Positions 13,016-26,389 are shown, counted from the first letter of the stretch. The stretch is DNA of 64,000 nucleotides from Tubulanus polymorphus (GCF_964204645.1 NC_134028.1:7440001-7504000); one strand, 5' to 3'. Made by a program: numbers and translations. The notes: generated by a model not told the origin, from the sequence alone.

Positions 13016-15989
13016 ATATACGATGTTTTTCTCCGTCATGGGTATAATATTGATCATTATACAAATTCTATTTAGAATGTTCTACTAAGTATTTTTTTCC
13101 GGGCGGTGTGGGGGTTCATTTTCAGTATGAGCGTATCGTTCAACGAAGCCTCGATATACGGGTACTTTCCGTTCGCTAAGAGATCGCGTTTTGCGAAGCT
13201 GAATTCTTTCCGTTTATTCCCATTTGGATTATCACTAAAAGCACGTCCGCAAAAGAATGAGTCTAATATTATCAATCACGAGCATAAGTTCTATCCCCGG
13301 GAGTCGCACCACACGGTGTAGCTTACAATTGTATCTGCAGAAAAAGAGTCTTCCGAACTACGACGACCGAAGTATGAGATTACATTTCGCCCAAAACAGT
13401 ATTCCCGCGATGCGAATATTACACATAATCTCATTGTTCGTCGCTAAGCATTGATAACTTCGGTTTTTTCAAAAGGTGCAATCTTAGACGATTAAAAAAA
13501 GGCAAACTCGAGTTTAGCGGCAAAGTTCTGCGAATCGTCGCTGTATCGTTTTTCTAACGGATATATGCGTGTGGCGCATCGAGCACGTTGCACCCCCGGG
13601 GCATTAGTCGAGCTCGTATGCCTCATATGAAAGTCTAATGATGTCGCGGAAAATGCTTTATTTTAAATGGGTACTCTGTAAACGATCGAAGAATAAGCGA
13701 AGTCCTACAGGTATTACTTGCGTTACAGGCGCTTTTAGGTCGTATTGCATTAAGGTTCTCTCTTCAGCGACGTGAGAGCACATTTCGAGAATCAGGCCCC
13801 ACGTCCATCGCCACGCGAACTTCGGTTAATGTTTTTACCAATGGCTTTAAACTGAATGAATCGTATGAATATTGTTGTACTGCCCGACTGACTTCCATTT
13901 CCAGCAGTAATTCACTGGTTTAAACTAGTTGCCACGCAGTTCGCGCTCCCTGTCGGCCTATCGTTATGTCGTTCTCATTTACATACAGCCGACATAATCA
14001 TTATTTGGCCACTTTCAGAAAATGTGGCCCCTTCCGACGAAAGTCCCCGTGGTAATGCGGCAATGCAAACAAACTAGTCATCCACGAGGATCGCTAGAAG
14101 TCACTCAGTCAACCACCAATCTAATGTTGTACTACCTATCAATAGGGGCCGAATATTCAAATTTCAAATCAATCAATCGTCAATTGATACCGAATCGCCG
14201 ATCGGTGTTGAATCTTGTTCTTTCTATTAAGTATTTTCTCTTTGTAGGTAAAGTCTGTTTCATTATTCTGGAAACGTGTAGATGTGCTGCCATCTTTTTA
14301 TGTATTAATCTGTATCAAAACTTTTGTACCAGTCAGTACTGACTGACTATCATTGACTTCGTTCAATGTCAATTAAGAAACTGTGAATTTGATTGGATAG
14401 TTATTATCGTCTTTCTTGTATGTAAGTATAATCGATCGATTGACTCTTCAAGATCGGTCCCGTAAGCGGGCTTACTAGTTGTGCAACGCGATCGTCTGCG
14501 ATCGTATCAATTCAAACAGTCGCATCGTTGATTATAATGTTTACATAGACTCGCAGATGCGCAAAAGAAACGCGATTGTGCTATTATTAATATCGCTGAG
14601 TTATGATTTTGTGTTTGGAAGATAAGATGACACCGTATAGCTCAGTGTTCATTCGGATTTAGATTGTCGCGTTATTAAACTCGATTCGTTGCGCTCGCGT
14701 TCACCTTCGTGTTCGTTTAGATTCGGGTGGGAATTGGTTTCGTATGTCGTTTGTTGAACGACGCGCGGTTTGTAGTTCGTAGATCCTCGCATTCGAATAT
14801 TTGTTTTATCGATTGGATCTGCGGAGATAAGTAACGCGTGCACGGTACGTATCTTGTTGGAGGCGATACGTACAATCAGAAAAGACGATCAGGCTCGTAT
14901 CACAATATTTGGATTCGGGGGACTGGATTGATTCAAAATGTGCCAATTTTCTGATAGACTTAAAAAAGAACTTCAGCTGCCAATTTCACATGTTTTCAGA
15001 TGGACACTTGTTACTCACCAGAATGCCGAGACAATCGCATCAGTGGATTTCAAACGTAAATCTGACGCAGGTCACGTGCAATTCAACGTCATCAGCCGAT
15101 TTAGTCTGAAACGTAGAAAGAGATTTGAATATCTATAAGAAATACTGTAAATGAGGAGGCGGCATATCGATTTATTTATATGTTTACAAGACTTAACGCG
15201 CACGACGCTAGAAAACGGGGAAAGCTGGAAACACAGAATGGCACACGGGATCAAACTTTGAGTATTGTATAGCCTATCGCACACGGAGCAAGCAAACAGA
15301 GAAAGACGGGTACACAAGGAATCGAACATTTTTGTCCGAATACTGCCTCACGTTTCTCTTAAACGCACATGGCACAATGAAATAACTGGAAACGTGTTCC
15401 TGTTTGCTGTTTCCGTATTTCAGTGCATCGTGTGCACTGGGTCTTGGAAGTATGATATTAGTGTATACGTCCATGGTGCAAAACAAGCCCGAGGAAGAAA
15501 CCGCCAATGCACGTTTTTCGAATTATTGCTGATCATCTGTCGATCACTGTTACTAAGTTAAGGCTGCACCTCATCTCATCGAGGAAAGTGTCAACCGTTA
15601 TCAAAGTATCGACAGCAAAACGAGATCGTCTAATCTCGTAAAATCCAAAACAAGTCGGCAGCGAGATCTTGTTCGTCGATAATTGCAACAATAAAACACA
15701 TCGGTTTCTGGGTTTCCTAGGTAATAAAGGCCGCAAGAGAACGCGGAACTCTGAGATAATATGTCCCCGGAATGCGTAGTCTGAGTCACGTATATACCTT
15801 AACGCGAATACCGGTTGACCCTTCAATCACTCTCTCCATTGGCTGTTATAAACCTTGATTGAATTTCCTTTATTGCCGAATGAATACCGTAACGTAGAAA
15901 GATTAATTCCCGATAGCAACGATCCGGGGAGTTAGAGTTATTTACGACGATGATTTTTTCTATAGTAAACCGTACTGCATCCGTTGTCC

Positions 15990-16265
15990 GTTGATTCGCA
16001 GTTCAGGGGTCAAACCCAACGCACACGACGCACGGAGTGTTCGACAGCGTGTCCTCGGGCAAGAAACTTGTAGTCATTGCCTCTCTACACACAGGGAGGT
16101 ACCTGGCCTGATGATACATGAGCACCTAGCAGCTGCTCGGATGTTACTTCTCCCCAGGGAGAGACGACTGATAAATGTTTAGAGTTATAGGCTGGGGGTA
16201 ATGATACCGATTTAATTGAAACGCCGTTGAACATTGTATCACAGGTATAGAAATTGAATTGCTAT
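15990..16265 (+). mobile_element. tRNA-derived SINE, diverged copy
   Basis: Aligns to the reverse complement of 40871-41130 (tgctcggatgtt.cttctcccc, aggctgg.ggtaat.ataccgatttaat, ccgttgaac). Degenerate B box ggggtcaaaccc. Confidence 0.7.
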
Positions 16266-16922
16266 CTGCTCGTTATCGATATACCGTTAGGCCTACTTTG
16301 AATTTAGGAAAAGCTTATGTGTACGTTGTTTTGGCCTTAAATCATTATACGGTAATCAGGTGATGGAATTGCCCGACGTTCGATAGATTCGAGAAAACCG
16401 ATGCGTGAACCGATGTTTCCGCCTCCTCGACTTTCGCCGATTGACTGTTCCGGCGCGAGTCCAACGCCCGGGAAGTACGCGCAACCGATTGTATTGTATA
16501 CAAGCCGGCAAAACAACGGAAAAGCTCGCCGCGCTCCGAGCAGCCGATAACACGGCCGGCAAATAAAGAAAAATTGATTTTTCATGTAATCATTATCGAA
16601 AGACCGATTGCGAACCGCTGATGAAAAAATTGAAAATAGCGACCTGCCAAACCTTCAAAAAGTTGTACGAAATAACGAGTTTTATATTTATACCTATCAT
16701 TGAAAAAAGTAAAATTTCGAGTGAAGTAAAGTGATTTCGAATCGAAAATATTCACTGCTGCAAATTGTCGTGCGCAGGCGATTAGATATAAGTGTATTCG
16801 TCTCACAAAACCCGCCACAGTCTAGACGCGGAGTCGTCTAACGGCATCAGTTTTCATATTATATGCTCCCTCATCTCGAGTGAGTGGTTGATATGCATCT
16901 CCTGAATGATCGAGAGATAAAC

Positions 16923-17178
<256 letters not shown>

Positions 17179-20100
17179 CTATTTAAGAAGGATAAACATA
17201 TTTAATCACCACCAGACGTTTCAAATGTGACGTTTGAAAAGGTCGAATTATACATATTATGCAATAAAGAATCAAATTGAATATTCGCCCAAAAAAATCT
17301 TCTAAATATTGATCGGACTGAATGTATAGATATGATACGTATATGTTTCACTAATTAAAACATTTGTAGGTTTACATATAAACAGATCATTTTACCCGTA
17401 GAACGTATAGTGTTTATAGATAAAGGAGGAGTTCACCAATCACTCCTTCCCCACCACTACCACCACACGTCGGCGCCGCTCTGTCAGCCTTGGGGAGATG
17501 GACTCACATAACCGAATCAGTTCTAGTAGCTATACTTTTCCGCGCAACATAGCTGTGACGGTTTATTGAATTACTCGGATTATATCAGAATGCATTTTTG
17601 CAAGTAAATACAGAATAAGAAGCTATATATAGGTTTCTTGTATGTTGTCCGTCCTTTGATTACTTTTAGGGTTTCCTGTTACTTCGTAGAATCTACAAGC
17701 AATCTTGCTCGGAGGGAGAATCCAATGCAATAACATCCTCCATTTCTTCCAATTGTAGTATCAGAATGGTAGTATCAATTCAATTAAAAGTTCATCGAAA
17801 ATTAACTAATTTTGACAACGTAAGACCGAGTGCTCGTCTGGTGGGATAGCTAGTGTTGCGGGTGCAGCATTCATTTTCGATTGATAATTCCTAAAAATAC
17901 ATATCGAATAGAAAGTACGAAACGATAAGCGAATTCAATAGTTGGAAATATTGAGACGTTATTAACTGTCGCGTCTTTACGTGCGCAGTTTAACGTTTGC
18001 ATTTTATCTTATCTGAAAAGTCTTCGGAGAAAGGTTTTCAACACCTCTCTAAACACGTCCCCGAGCTCTTTTCCGACGTAAGCTGATTTAATTATGAGAT
18101 ACGACGAGTGTTGTATTAGATTGACACGAATCGAAACAGTTTTTATTTGCTGCGCGAAATTTCCTTTAAGCATGCTTCTGTTTTTCGTCCTTGTATTGAG
18201 ATGGCGACGGGTTTTTTTATTCTATTTTCTTAACCCAGTTAAACCGATAAATGACGAATGGGGAACCATAACACCAGCAATCCCACCAGATGGCGTGACG
18301 GTCACTCAGTGAAAATATTTTGAATTTGAACTCTTTTGGCAATCTTGATATTCTAAAAAATCCTACAATCCAATTTGCAAAATTCTTAGCTGTATATAGA
18401 TAGGTCATATAGTCAGGTAATGGAGGATATCATGCAGACACGAAGATTATTTCTACGATTCAGATGATCGAACCTTTTTTTAAAGGAAAGGTTGTACCCG
18501 ACGTCGACGACATGTAATGGAACACGTTTATCAGAATAGTCGGGTTACCGCTGGCTTGCTCCCTCCCTAAACCGGCCAGATCAGTTGATCACATACAAAA
18601 TTCATATCTCAATGATGATATGATATTTATGCTTTAATTCCAGAACTCTTTCTCCCACACTTTTACTTCAGTTTTAATATGGAAGTTGGTGTATTTCGAT
18701 ATTCATAAAAACAGGTTTGAAGTATGTCATGATAGTCATTCGACCGCAAAAAGTTACCGTCTTGAAAGTATACGGCCAGGAACACTTTCCGCCCGCCGTA
18801 TGTGGGTGTATTCCAGTCTATACGACGTAAAAACATTAACCGCCGTGTTTGTTCTAATCGACATTGATACGTTCAGTCGCGTTATTACCGCATTAGTTTC
18901 CAGCCTTTAAAACCTTGACAAAAACCGTCACGTGTATTTACTAAATTCTTAGAAATCCCTAACGCAGAAAATGTCGGTCAACGCGACGTTCCCGGGATAT
19001 TTTTTGAACAAACAATTTTGACTGATCGGCGAATGAGGTTTTACGGCGCTCAGTACGCCGTGTTCTCTCTCAACTGCTTTAGTCTGTCTGCGACTAGCAG
19101 TCGTCAGTTTACTCCAGATAAACCTCTCGAGATTAATGTTGTTGTCCGAAATTCGGACACGATTTTTCATACGCTTGATTTGGCCGAAGATTAATAACAA
19201 AAAGAAACACGAAAATACTACACTAGACTCGTATAGAATATTTGGAAAAAACACAATATAAACCATCCAGGGTCCGGTTTTATATAGCTGTACGTCACCG
19301 TCCTAACTATATCGATTAACCATTGAGTTATCGACGGTTTTAGTTATAGATAGGGACCAATCGCTTAACATGTCGAGTTTCTGATCAATCGTGTATACGT
19401 CATCAAAGGACAGCCGTAGGTGCAGACGACTCCCTTTTTTAATCCGAGTCCCGTATTTTCAGGGTTTCTGCACTTTTAGTTTGAATTTTGTTCACGCTCC
19501 GTAAATAGCATAACCATCTTGCCTTAAAAGGTCCAGGCAACGCTCCTCTACAGGTTCGAATCTTTAAGAATTAAGGGCTTCAAGAATATTCAAGTAATTT
19601 GCAAGGATTCGGAAATGCCCTTTTGAATTCGGCGCTCGTTACGGTTCAATATGATATGTGGCATATACAATCCCGCATACATCATCTGACCCCGCTTCAA
19701 AAAATCCAAGTTGCACCCCTGTACAGTTAACGCATCGTGGAAAAATAAAAGTGATAATTCAAATTGCGTTATTCTTGACCAAGTTTTGAGCAGCTGGCTG
19801 CAAAATCGGTCGCAAAATGCTCAATAAAAAAGTGGCAATTTATCTTCGATTTGAATTTAAAGCATTGGAAGGCTTTTATTGCGGTGGTTAAGGGTTAATT
19901 TGTCTGGAGTATTAGGGTAATTAATACGCTAATAAAAGTGTCGTTTATTGTTGATCAGTCCCGCGATGACTATAGACGTACGTTATACGATGATTGCAGC
20001 CCGGTGCTAGCTCGGCGACAATTTTTCTGATTAGTAACATAAAATCTCGATCGATTTTACTCGGTACGGAGTATACGCGCACGCACACACGACGACGAAT

Positions 20101-20491
20101 CATATAGTATCTCGTGACTGAAACGTATTGTTTAAAGTATTCGTTTCATTCGCGATCACATTTTTAAACGACATCGCGTGCGTGTCTGCGTGTACGGATC
20201 TAGGATTTATTGAAGACGGCGGCAGTCAAAGAAAAGAAAGCTCACTTTAGCGTAAGCAATGATAGAAACGTCTGCGTATACAGCCTCTACATGATTGTCT
20301 TTTCTTCCTTTTGCAAAAAGGGCAATCTGGATTCTTATCTCATATCATGGTACATCTCAAATTTTTGTCAAGTCGGTATTCCTGAAACTGACTATTAGGT
20401 TATAGTCGAACTGTCGAATCAATAGATCAAAAGCTTTAAGGAAACTTTTCGGACTTTATCTTTCTCATCTTATCCGTGTGGGATTTTTTAT

Positions 20492-20710
20492 GTTTGATTT
20501 GATTTATTTGATGATTATCATGGTACAATTATTAGTACATAATTAGTTACATAAATCATGCATATAATACATAACAATCATCAGTATGTCAGTATGTATC
20601 TAGTTTCTTTGTTAACAAGGTGGATCCGTTTCCAAATGACTTTTCACTTTACCCGGAGGTAGCGTCTAAACCATGTAAAACCCAACATAAGTAATGAAAA
20701 AAATGAGGCC
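20492..20710 (-). mobile_element. Probable CR1-type LINE 3' end fossil
   Basis: Minus strand gives frameshifted HFF..W..LP....TKKLDTY, like the CR1 ORF2 C-terminus (FFS.RVV..WN.LP...FK..LD). It ends in an aaataaatcaaatcaaa tail. Confidence 0.4.
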
Positions 20711-20820
20711 GAATTGTTAAGCGTGGGATTTCAGAATATCATCGCCACAATACGGAAGAAGGAGCAGTTTCAGTACTGTCACCAATTTTTAGCATCTTAA
20801 AACGTCTGGTTTCGAATCCA

Positions 20821-20985
20821 GGTAATAATGCCAGAGGGGAAATCACACCATAGGTAAAATGCCAGAGGTAAATGAGGAAAATTAAGCAAAGAATTTATTA
20901 ACATTTGACCTAATATTCTTATTTACTCTAGATTTTACGTAATGAATTTACGGCATTTTTACTTCTGGCATTATTACCGCGTACC
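20821..20985. mobile_element. Short inverted-repeat element (MITE/HINE-like)
   Basis: 15-bp perfect IR ggtaataatgccaga/tctggcattattacc with internal repeats of the same motif. Confidence 0.65.
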
Positions 20986-22883
20986 TCTGATTTCATACTT
21001 GCCTTTCAAGACATGCATATCATGTTCGCTTGGCATAGAGAAATCTGATCAATATCGAGATAAAGACAATACATGTTACATGTTTAGAAATCTAACGATT
21101 ACGTTGTAGACTTAACAGGAGTATCATCGAGATCACATCCTTGCATAGATTTCAATTGATTGTTGCCGCTCAAATGAGAGAATATTTGCATATTATCATA
21201 TTCTATGTAAATGTTCGTCGTCGTCGTAGTTGAAATTCATAACAATATTCTATAGAACGAACATTGTGAGAACCGACCGAGTAAATCTAGGCGTAAGTCG
21301 AGTATCCGTCTGGGACACAAGATTATGTGTAACATAAGATCACTTATTACGACGGATTACGTCGTCGCTGCCCTAGTATATAATATATCCGTATACATAC
21401 GGCTCCTCGCTTTCTTTTTGCAAGGTAGCGAAAAGAGATTTAACGCATTAACGCAGTCGTATTCAGACCTGTTAAATCGATCCAACGGCAAGACATTCGA
21501 TGCCATAGAATTCTGCGCCGTCCATTTCCATACGATATCACCATAAGACAGTAATAGACCGGAGTCCGGCTCCAGAATAAAGAGGTCAAATAAAGGAATC
21601 TATAATCTCATCGGTTCCATTACCAATCTAACATTAAGTATAACAGCTCCATTTCATACCAATTATGTCTGGTCACCAACGTTTACTTTCCAAGTTTCTG
21701 ATAGCTTTCCAAAAGAAATTCACTTTAAGAGCAAATTTTGTAAATATCAACACTTCAGAAACATTCTTTTTATATGTATTCGTGGTATAAGTAATCATTT
21801 CGTATAATGTGAATTGTATTAGGGCTGGGTATTAAATCTATCTGGGTATCCTCCTCATATGTGATATACATGCCACTACAATAAATAAATCAAAAATTAT
21901 TTGAAAAATATCAAAATATAAGGAGAAATTAGAAGATATCATAACCAGCGCATAAGACGTTGGACCCATTTGATCGGTACTTTGCGTCAGAAGAATCCCT
22001 GATTCCACGATTCCCGTCCACAGAGGCCGTTATATGTTTATCTATAAAACTTACGTATTTGACTTATGGTATATATTTGTTTGACTTTAAACGTAAGTTT
22101 TGTTGTTGCTTTGCGAAGGAATTCGATTCGAGAAGGCGAAATACTTTCGATATTGACTGTTGATAACATTTTTCTCGACAGCCAACTTTCTCGGGGCATG
22201 CTCAATCAATTACGCGCACCATAAACTACGGTCGAGTCGAACAGGTCACACCGGGTAGCAAACGCTTCGATCAAATCATAATGCATCGCTGGTAAAACCA
22301 AATCCGAGTCCTTTTCACTCATTTCCCCGGAGGTTCCTCCCCGTGTATACACAACCTAATAAAAACCGGTCAATATTGACTAGATCGCCGCAACAGCACC
22401 GGGTAATATCATAATCGACGCAACAGTATACATCGCACCGCGCCGCCGCGAACGGTGTTCGATAAGAAATCGCGTGGCGAAAAGAAATCTCGTCGATGCA
22501 ATACACGAAATAGTCGCCGCTGCCGATATCGCGTCCGAATTGCGCTCGACGACTCCGACGACACGATGCCGTAATAAAACGCTGCTTGTATTTTACAGGG
22601 TGTCCCATTAATTACTATACATAAAGAACTGCCTGTATCCTCCACATTTCTTAATGAAATGTTTCGATTTTCCACCAAATTATAGGCAACGGTACTTTTT
22701 GATTGATATCGTGGTTGGTATGGTAATTTGCTTAGTGATTTCCTAGCAACTGATTACATTGTTGTAGTGATTTTGTGTAATTCTGATTAAGAATAGATCA
22801 CTGTTAAATCATATCTATGTCTCTGAAACAAAAAGCCTAGATGGTCCTTTGGTTTTAGGAAACCAAATCTTTCTGTCAGTCTG

Positions 22884-23460
22884 AACCATAGATTTTGGTG
22901 TTAAGAATCCCTATTTGATTGCAGAGAAGCCACTTAATCAATGTCATCAAGTGAGCTCTCTGTTGTGTCTATGAGGTGTGATCTTTGGATTTGCCATACA
23001 GTAGGTCATCCAGTGGGCCTATAATCGGGCCATACCTTTTTGACAGAAAAGGAAATGCTGACTATGAATGGAGCCGGCTATCATAAGATGCTGATTCAGT
23101 ACTCCATTACAAAACTTTGTAGATGTCTAGAGGATGTCTCAATCCAGTGTGGTCCCGACAGAATGGTGTGCAATGTCTTTCTGCACACAAAACAATTTAT
23201 GTTCTGCATAGGCATCTCGGGGACAGAATCTCAGCGCTCCAAACTGTAAACGACTGGGCCTGATACTCACCTGACTAAAGTCCACTGGATACTTGTGGGG
23301 CTAGCTGAAGGACACAGTGTACCAAAATAAGCCAGAAACTATTGATGATTTAAAGAGAAACAACTGCAATAACACAGATGATTGTCAACGTACTGAGAAA
23401 TTTCAACAATAGACTGAATCATGTCATTGAAAGGTTCTCCCATCCAACATATTTTGTAAA
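22884..23460 (+). pseudogene. Decayed DD41D transposase catalytic domain
   Basis: Frameshifted motifs NHRFW..KNP....EKPL, GPIIGPYLF, TMNGAGYHKML, VWSRQNG, WA*YSPD*SPLD and LWG*LKDTVYQNKPETIDDLK. Exactly 41 in-frame codons lie between the second catalytic position (23162-23164, D>N) and the third D (23288-23290). Confidence 0.88.
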
Positions 23461-23599
23461 CTAATTTGATTTTAGTCAAGAAACTTTTGTGTGGTGAAAA
23501 GTATTATTGTAGTCCATCTCTCCTGAAGATTTGGCTGATTTATCTCAAGTGGTTTGAAAATGACAGGCAGTTCTTTATGTATAGTAATTAATGGGACAC

Positions 23600-24643
23600 T
23601 ATGGTGGCTGATAAGGGCCATAGCGTAAAATTCCTGGTATGTAAATGAGGGCGCCAGAACGCCAGAACGCCAAAACGAAAAAAAACGTCCAATTTTCTCT
23701 AAAAGTTCGTTTTGGCGCGCCAAAACGGAGAATATTCCGTTTTGGCGCCCCCGCCAAAACGAACTTTCATTTTGGCGCCCCCGCCAAAACGAACTTTCGT
23801 TTTGGCGCCCCCGCCAAAACAACGAAAAACGTCCAATTTTCTCTAAAAGTTCGTTTTGGCGCGCCAAAACGGAGAATATTCCGTTTTGGCGCCCCCGCCA
23901 AAACGAACTTTCATTTTGGCACCCCCGCCAAAACGAACTTTCGTTTTGGCGCCCCCGCCAAAACAACGAAAAACGTCCAATTTTCTCTAAAAGTTCGTTT
24001 TGGCGCGCCAAAACGGAGAATATTCCGTTTTGGCGCCCCCGCCAAAACGAACTTTCATTTTGGCGCCCCCGCCAAAAGGAACTTTCGTTTTGGCGCCCCC
24101 GCCAAAACAACGAAAAACGTCGAAATTTCTCTGAAAGTTCGTTTTGGCGCGCCAAAACAAAGAAAAGTTCGTTTTGGCGCGGTTATTTCCGTTTTGGCGC
24201 CCCCGCCAAAACAAGCATTCAACCACAGTAAAATTATTTTTCAAATTGGCGCGTTGATCTTGTTTGTAATTTGCATAAATTTGCATAAATGAAAATATTT
24301 TACGTATATATAGAATTATTTTACGTGGTTTAAAGTTCGTATTGGCGGGGGCGCCAAAACGAAAGTTCGTTTTGGCGGGGGCGCCAAAACGGAATATTCG
24401 TTGTTTTGGCGCGCCAAAACGAACTTTCAGAGAAAATTGGACGTTTTTCGTTGTTTTGGCGGGGGCGCCAAAATGAAAGTTCGTTTTGGTGGGGGCGCCA
24501 AAACGGAATATTCTCCGTTTTGGCGCGCCAAAACGAACTTTTAGAGAAAATTGGACGTTTTTTTTCGTTTTGGCGTTCTGGCGTTCTGGCGCCCTCATTT
24601 ACATACCAGGAATTTTACGCTATGGCCCTTATCAGCCACCATA
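23600..24643. mobile_element. Foldback-type non-autonomous DNA element with long TIRs and internal 144-bp higher-order repeats
   Basis: Termini TATGGTGGCTGATAAGGGCCATAGCG.../...CGCTATGGCCCTTATCAGCCACCATA are near-perfect IRs over >150 bp. The 144-bp period has units at 23686, 23830, 23974 and 24118, made of palindromic GTTTTGGCG(CCCC)CGCCAAAAC subunits. Flanked by a GGACAC duplication. Confidence 0.93.
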
Positions 24644-25860
24644 GGACACCCTGTATTTATTCGAAATTCTATGAAAATGCGTCCCGAGACATATTCCCGA
24701 TCAGGTTTCTATCTTCGGCGAATGATTCGTGTGGAAGAATTGCGGAAACGGTTTCGTGGAGAGTATGTATACGTATGTATATATATGAATATGAATTATC
24801 GGAATTACTGAAGAGCAAATAAGATAGAGCAGCGAAATATAAATAATTCAATAATATTTCTGAGCTTCCACAATATGACAATTTCTTCAAGACAAAGAAA
24901 AACTAAATTCTAAGTAAGCCCCATACTTCATTTATTCCTTCGGATAAGGTTTCAAATATCAAACATCGAATACATTTTCTTTTGAACTCTTAATAGCGAC
25001 GATTTGCTTTTCAAAAGCTTTTTCAAAAGCTTTCCATCGAGAATGTCGCCGCAGTCAACGATGAATCGCGCTCGCACAGAAGATGCGTCGGTGAAGATTT
25101 TTATGAAGATTTGTATGGTTAACGCGCGCGCCACGCGCGCCCAGCGAGAAGTTCAGCGCAGACGAAACGACGGCGACGAAATGTCTCGTTAATCAAAAAC
25201 AATTTTCAACATCAAAAGACGTCGTCGTCTCAGAGGTTTGAGGTTTGCAGACGATTTTTTAATGTTTGAGAGAGAAATATTAATCAAAGAGGACTCGACG
25301 ATCTGACGGATGATAACGTACGATCTTAAATGCTCAAATACGAGCATTTAAGATTGCTTCAAAATTACGCCCGACACGACAATGTTTTTAAAATTTACAT
25401 TACAAATTTGACTCAAGAAAATATCTTCTTAATGAAAAAAAACTCGAAAAGCCCGCCCGCCGCACGCGCGAAAACTGGAGGTACGCAAATTGCACCGTGC
25501 AAAGATCGTACGCCACATCTACAGGGAGTTGAGTCGTACGTACGCCTGGCGAAAATGCGCTCTACAAAGGAGCTGCGGCAAGTGTGTATGCATCATAGTA
25601 AAAGTCCATTATTATGCCGATTTTGGAACCGATGAAAATCATGGGATCATAACAAATCTGGCATTATAGAGAAGTGTTTAGGGGTTCGGTTTCTTGAGTA
25701 AGGTCAGGTAAGATAAGGTTCCGAATCTCGGCTTTCTGCGTACCCCACTCTTGCGCACGTGCACCCATAATGCATATCAATCAACAAATCACAGCGAAGG
25801 TTTCTTTTAATGTTTCATTTCATTTTTTTTCTCTATTTCTCGGTGTTATTCAAAGTCCTC

Positions 25861-25989
25861 GGGCTAGTTTTACAGACTGGTATCAAGTTTTATCAGGGGG
25901 CTAATTCAATTGAAAATGAATTGAGTGAATTGAATGAATTGAATTTAGCCCCCAGCTTAGATTTGACACCAGTCGATAAAACTGTGCCC
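25861..25989. mobile_element. Harbinger-like MITE
   Basis: IRs gggctagttttacagactggt/accagtcgataaaactgtgccc and an inner pair gggggctaa/ttagccccc. Confidence 0.7.
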
Positions 25990-26316
25990 CAGGTTCGTGT
26001 TCTTCTAGCACGCGATGAGTGTCAGTGTTGCCGTTAAGTGGCCCGTTAGTGGTGACCTGTTCAATCGTTTGTTTTATAATCAGACAGGGCAGAAACAAAT
26101 TATCTGCTCGCCGTCTGTTTCCTCGGCAAATTATAAGCAAGGTCGTTAAATTGCAATACCGGGAAATGCAACTACAGAAACACTGTTTTTGTAACTTCAA
26201 ACATAATATATTTTCATAGTCGTCGAAAAAACACTATAATCCGTGTACACTGTAGATAAATGAAGAAATCCCACGCTTCGAATTAAATCATACTGATAGA
26301 ATTGATTATCTTGAAA

Positions 26317-26358
26317 CCACAACGTTTCGGCTGTTGACTAACGGCCATCATCAGGCGG
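26317..26358 (-). ncRNA. Minimal type-I hammerhead ribozyme (intact core)
   Basis: Minus strand CCGC-CUGAUGA-U-GGCCGUU(AGUC)AACAGCC-GAAAC-GUU-GUGG. Stem I is CCGC/GUGG, stem II is present, stem III is the palindrome AACGUU, and the cleavage triplet is GUU. Confidence 0.75.
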
Positions 26359-26389
26359 AATGACCAGGTAGTTCAGTTTTCTGGTTATT

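Larger units (their letters stand above)
22596..24653 (+). mobile_element. Tc1/mariner DNA transposon, DD41D (rosa/Visitor) type, ~1008 bp after removing the nested insertion
   Basis: TA|CAGGGTGTCCCATTAATTACTATACATAAAGAACTGCCTGT (22596-22636) is the exact reverse complement of 23563-23599 plus 24650-24653|TA. TA target-site duplication and internal transposase remnants are present. Confidence 0.92.

Noticed and set aside
17600-17770. Possible LINE endonuclease fragment (GRNGG; KPIYSF) on the minus strand
   Set aside because: The resemblance is too weak to call without a search.
23640-24600. CRISPR-like look of ~30-bp palindromic repeats
   Set aside because: The spacers are short and themselves repeated, the arms are inverted, there are no cas genes, and the context is eukaryotic.
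23472-24822. Long ORFs (227, 215, 203, 138 aa) on both strands
   Set aside because: By-products of the stop-free 144-bp (48-codon) repeat of the foldback element, mirrored on both strands.
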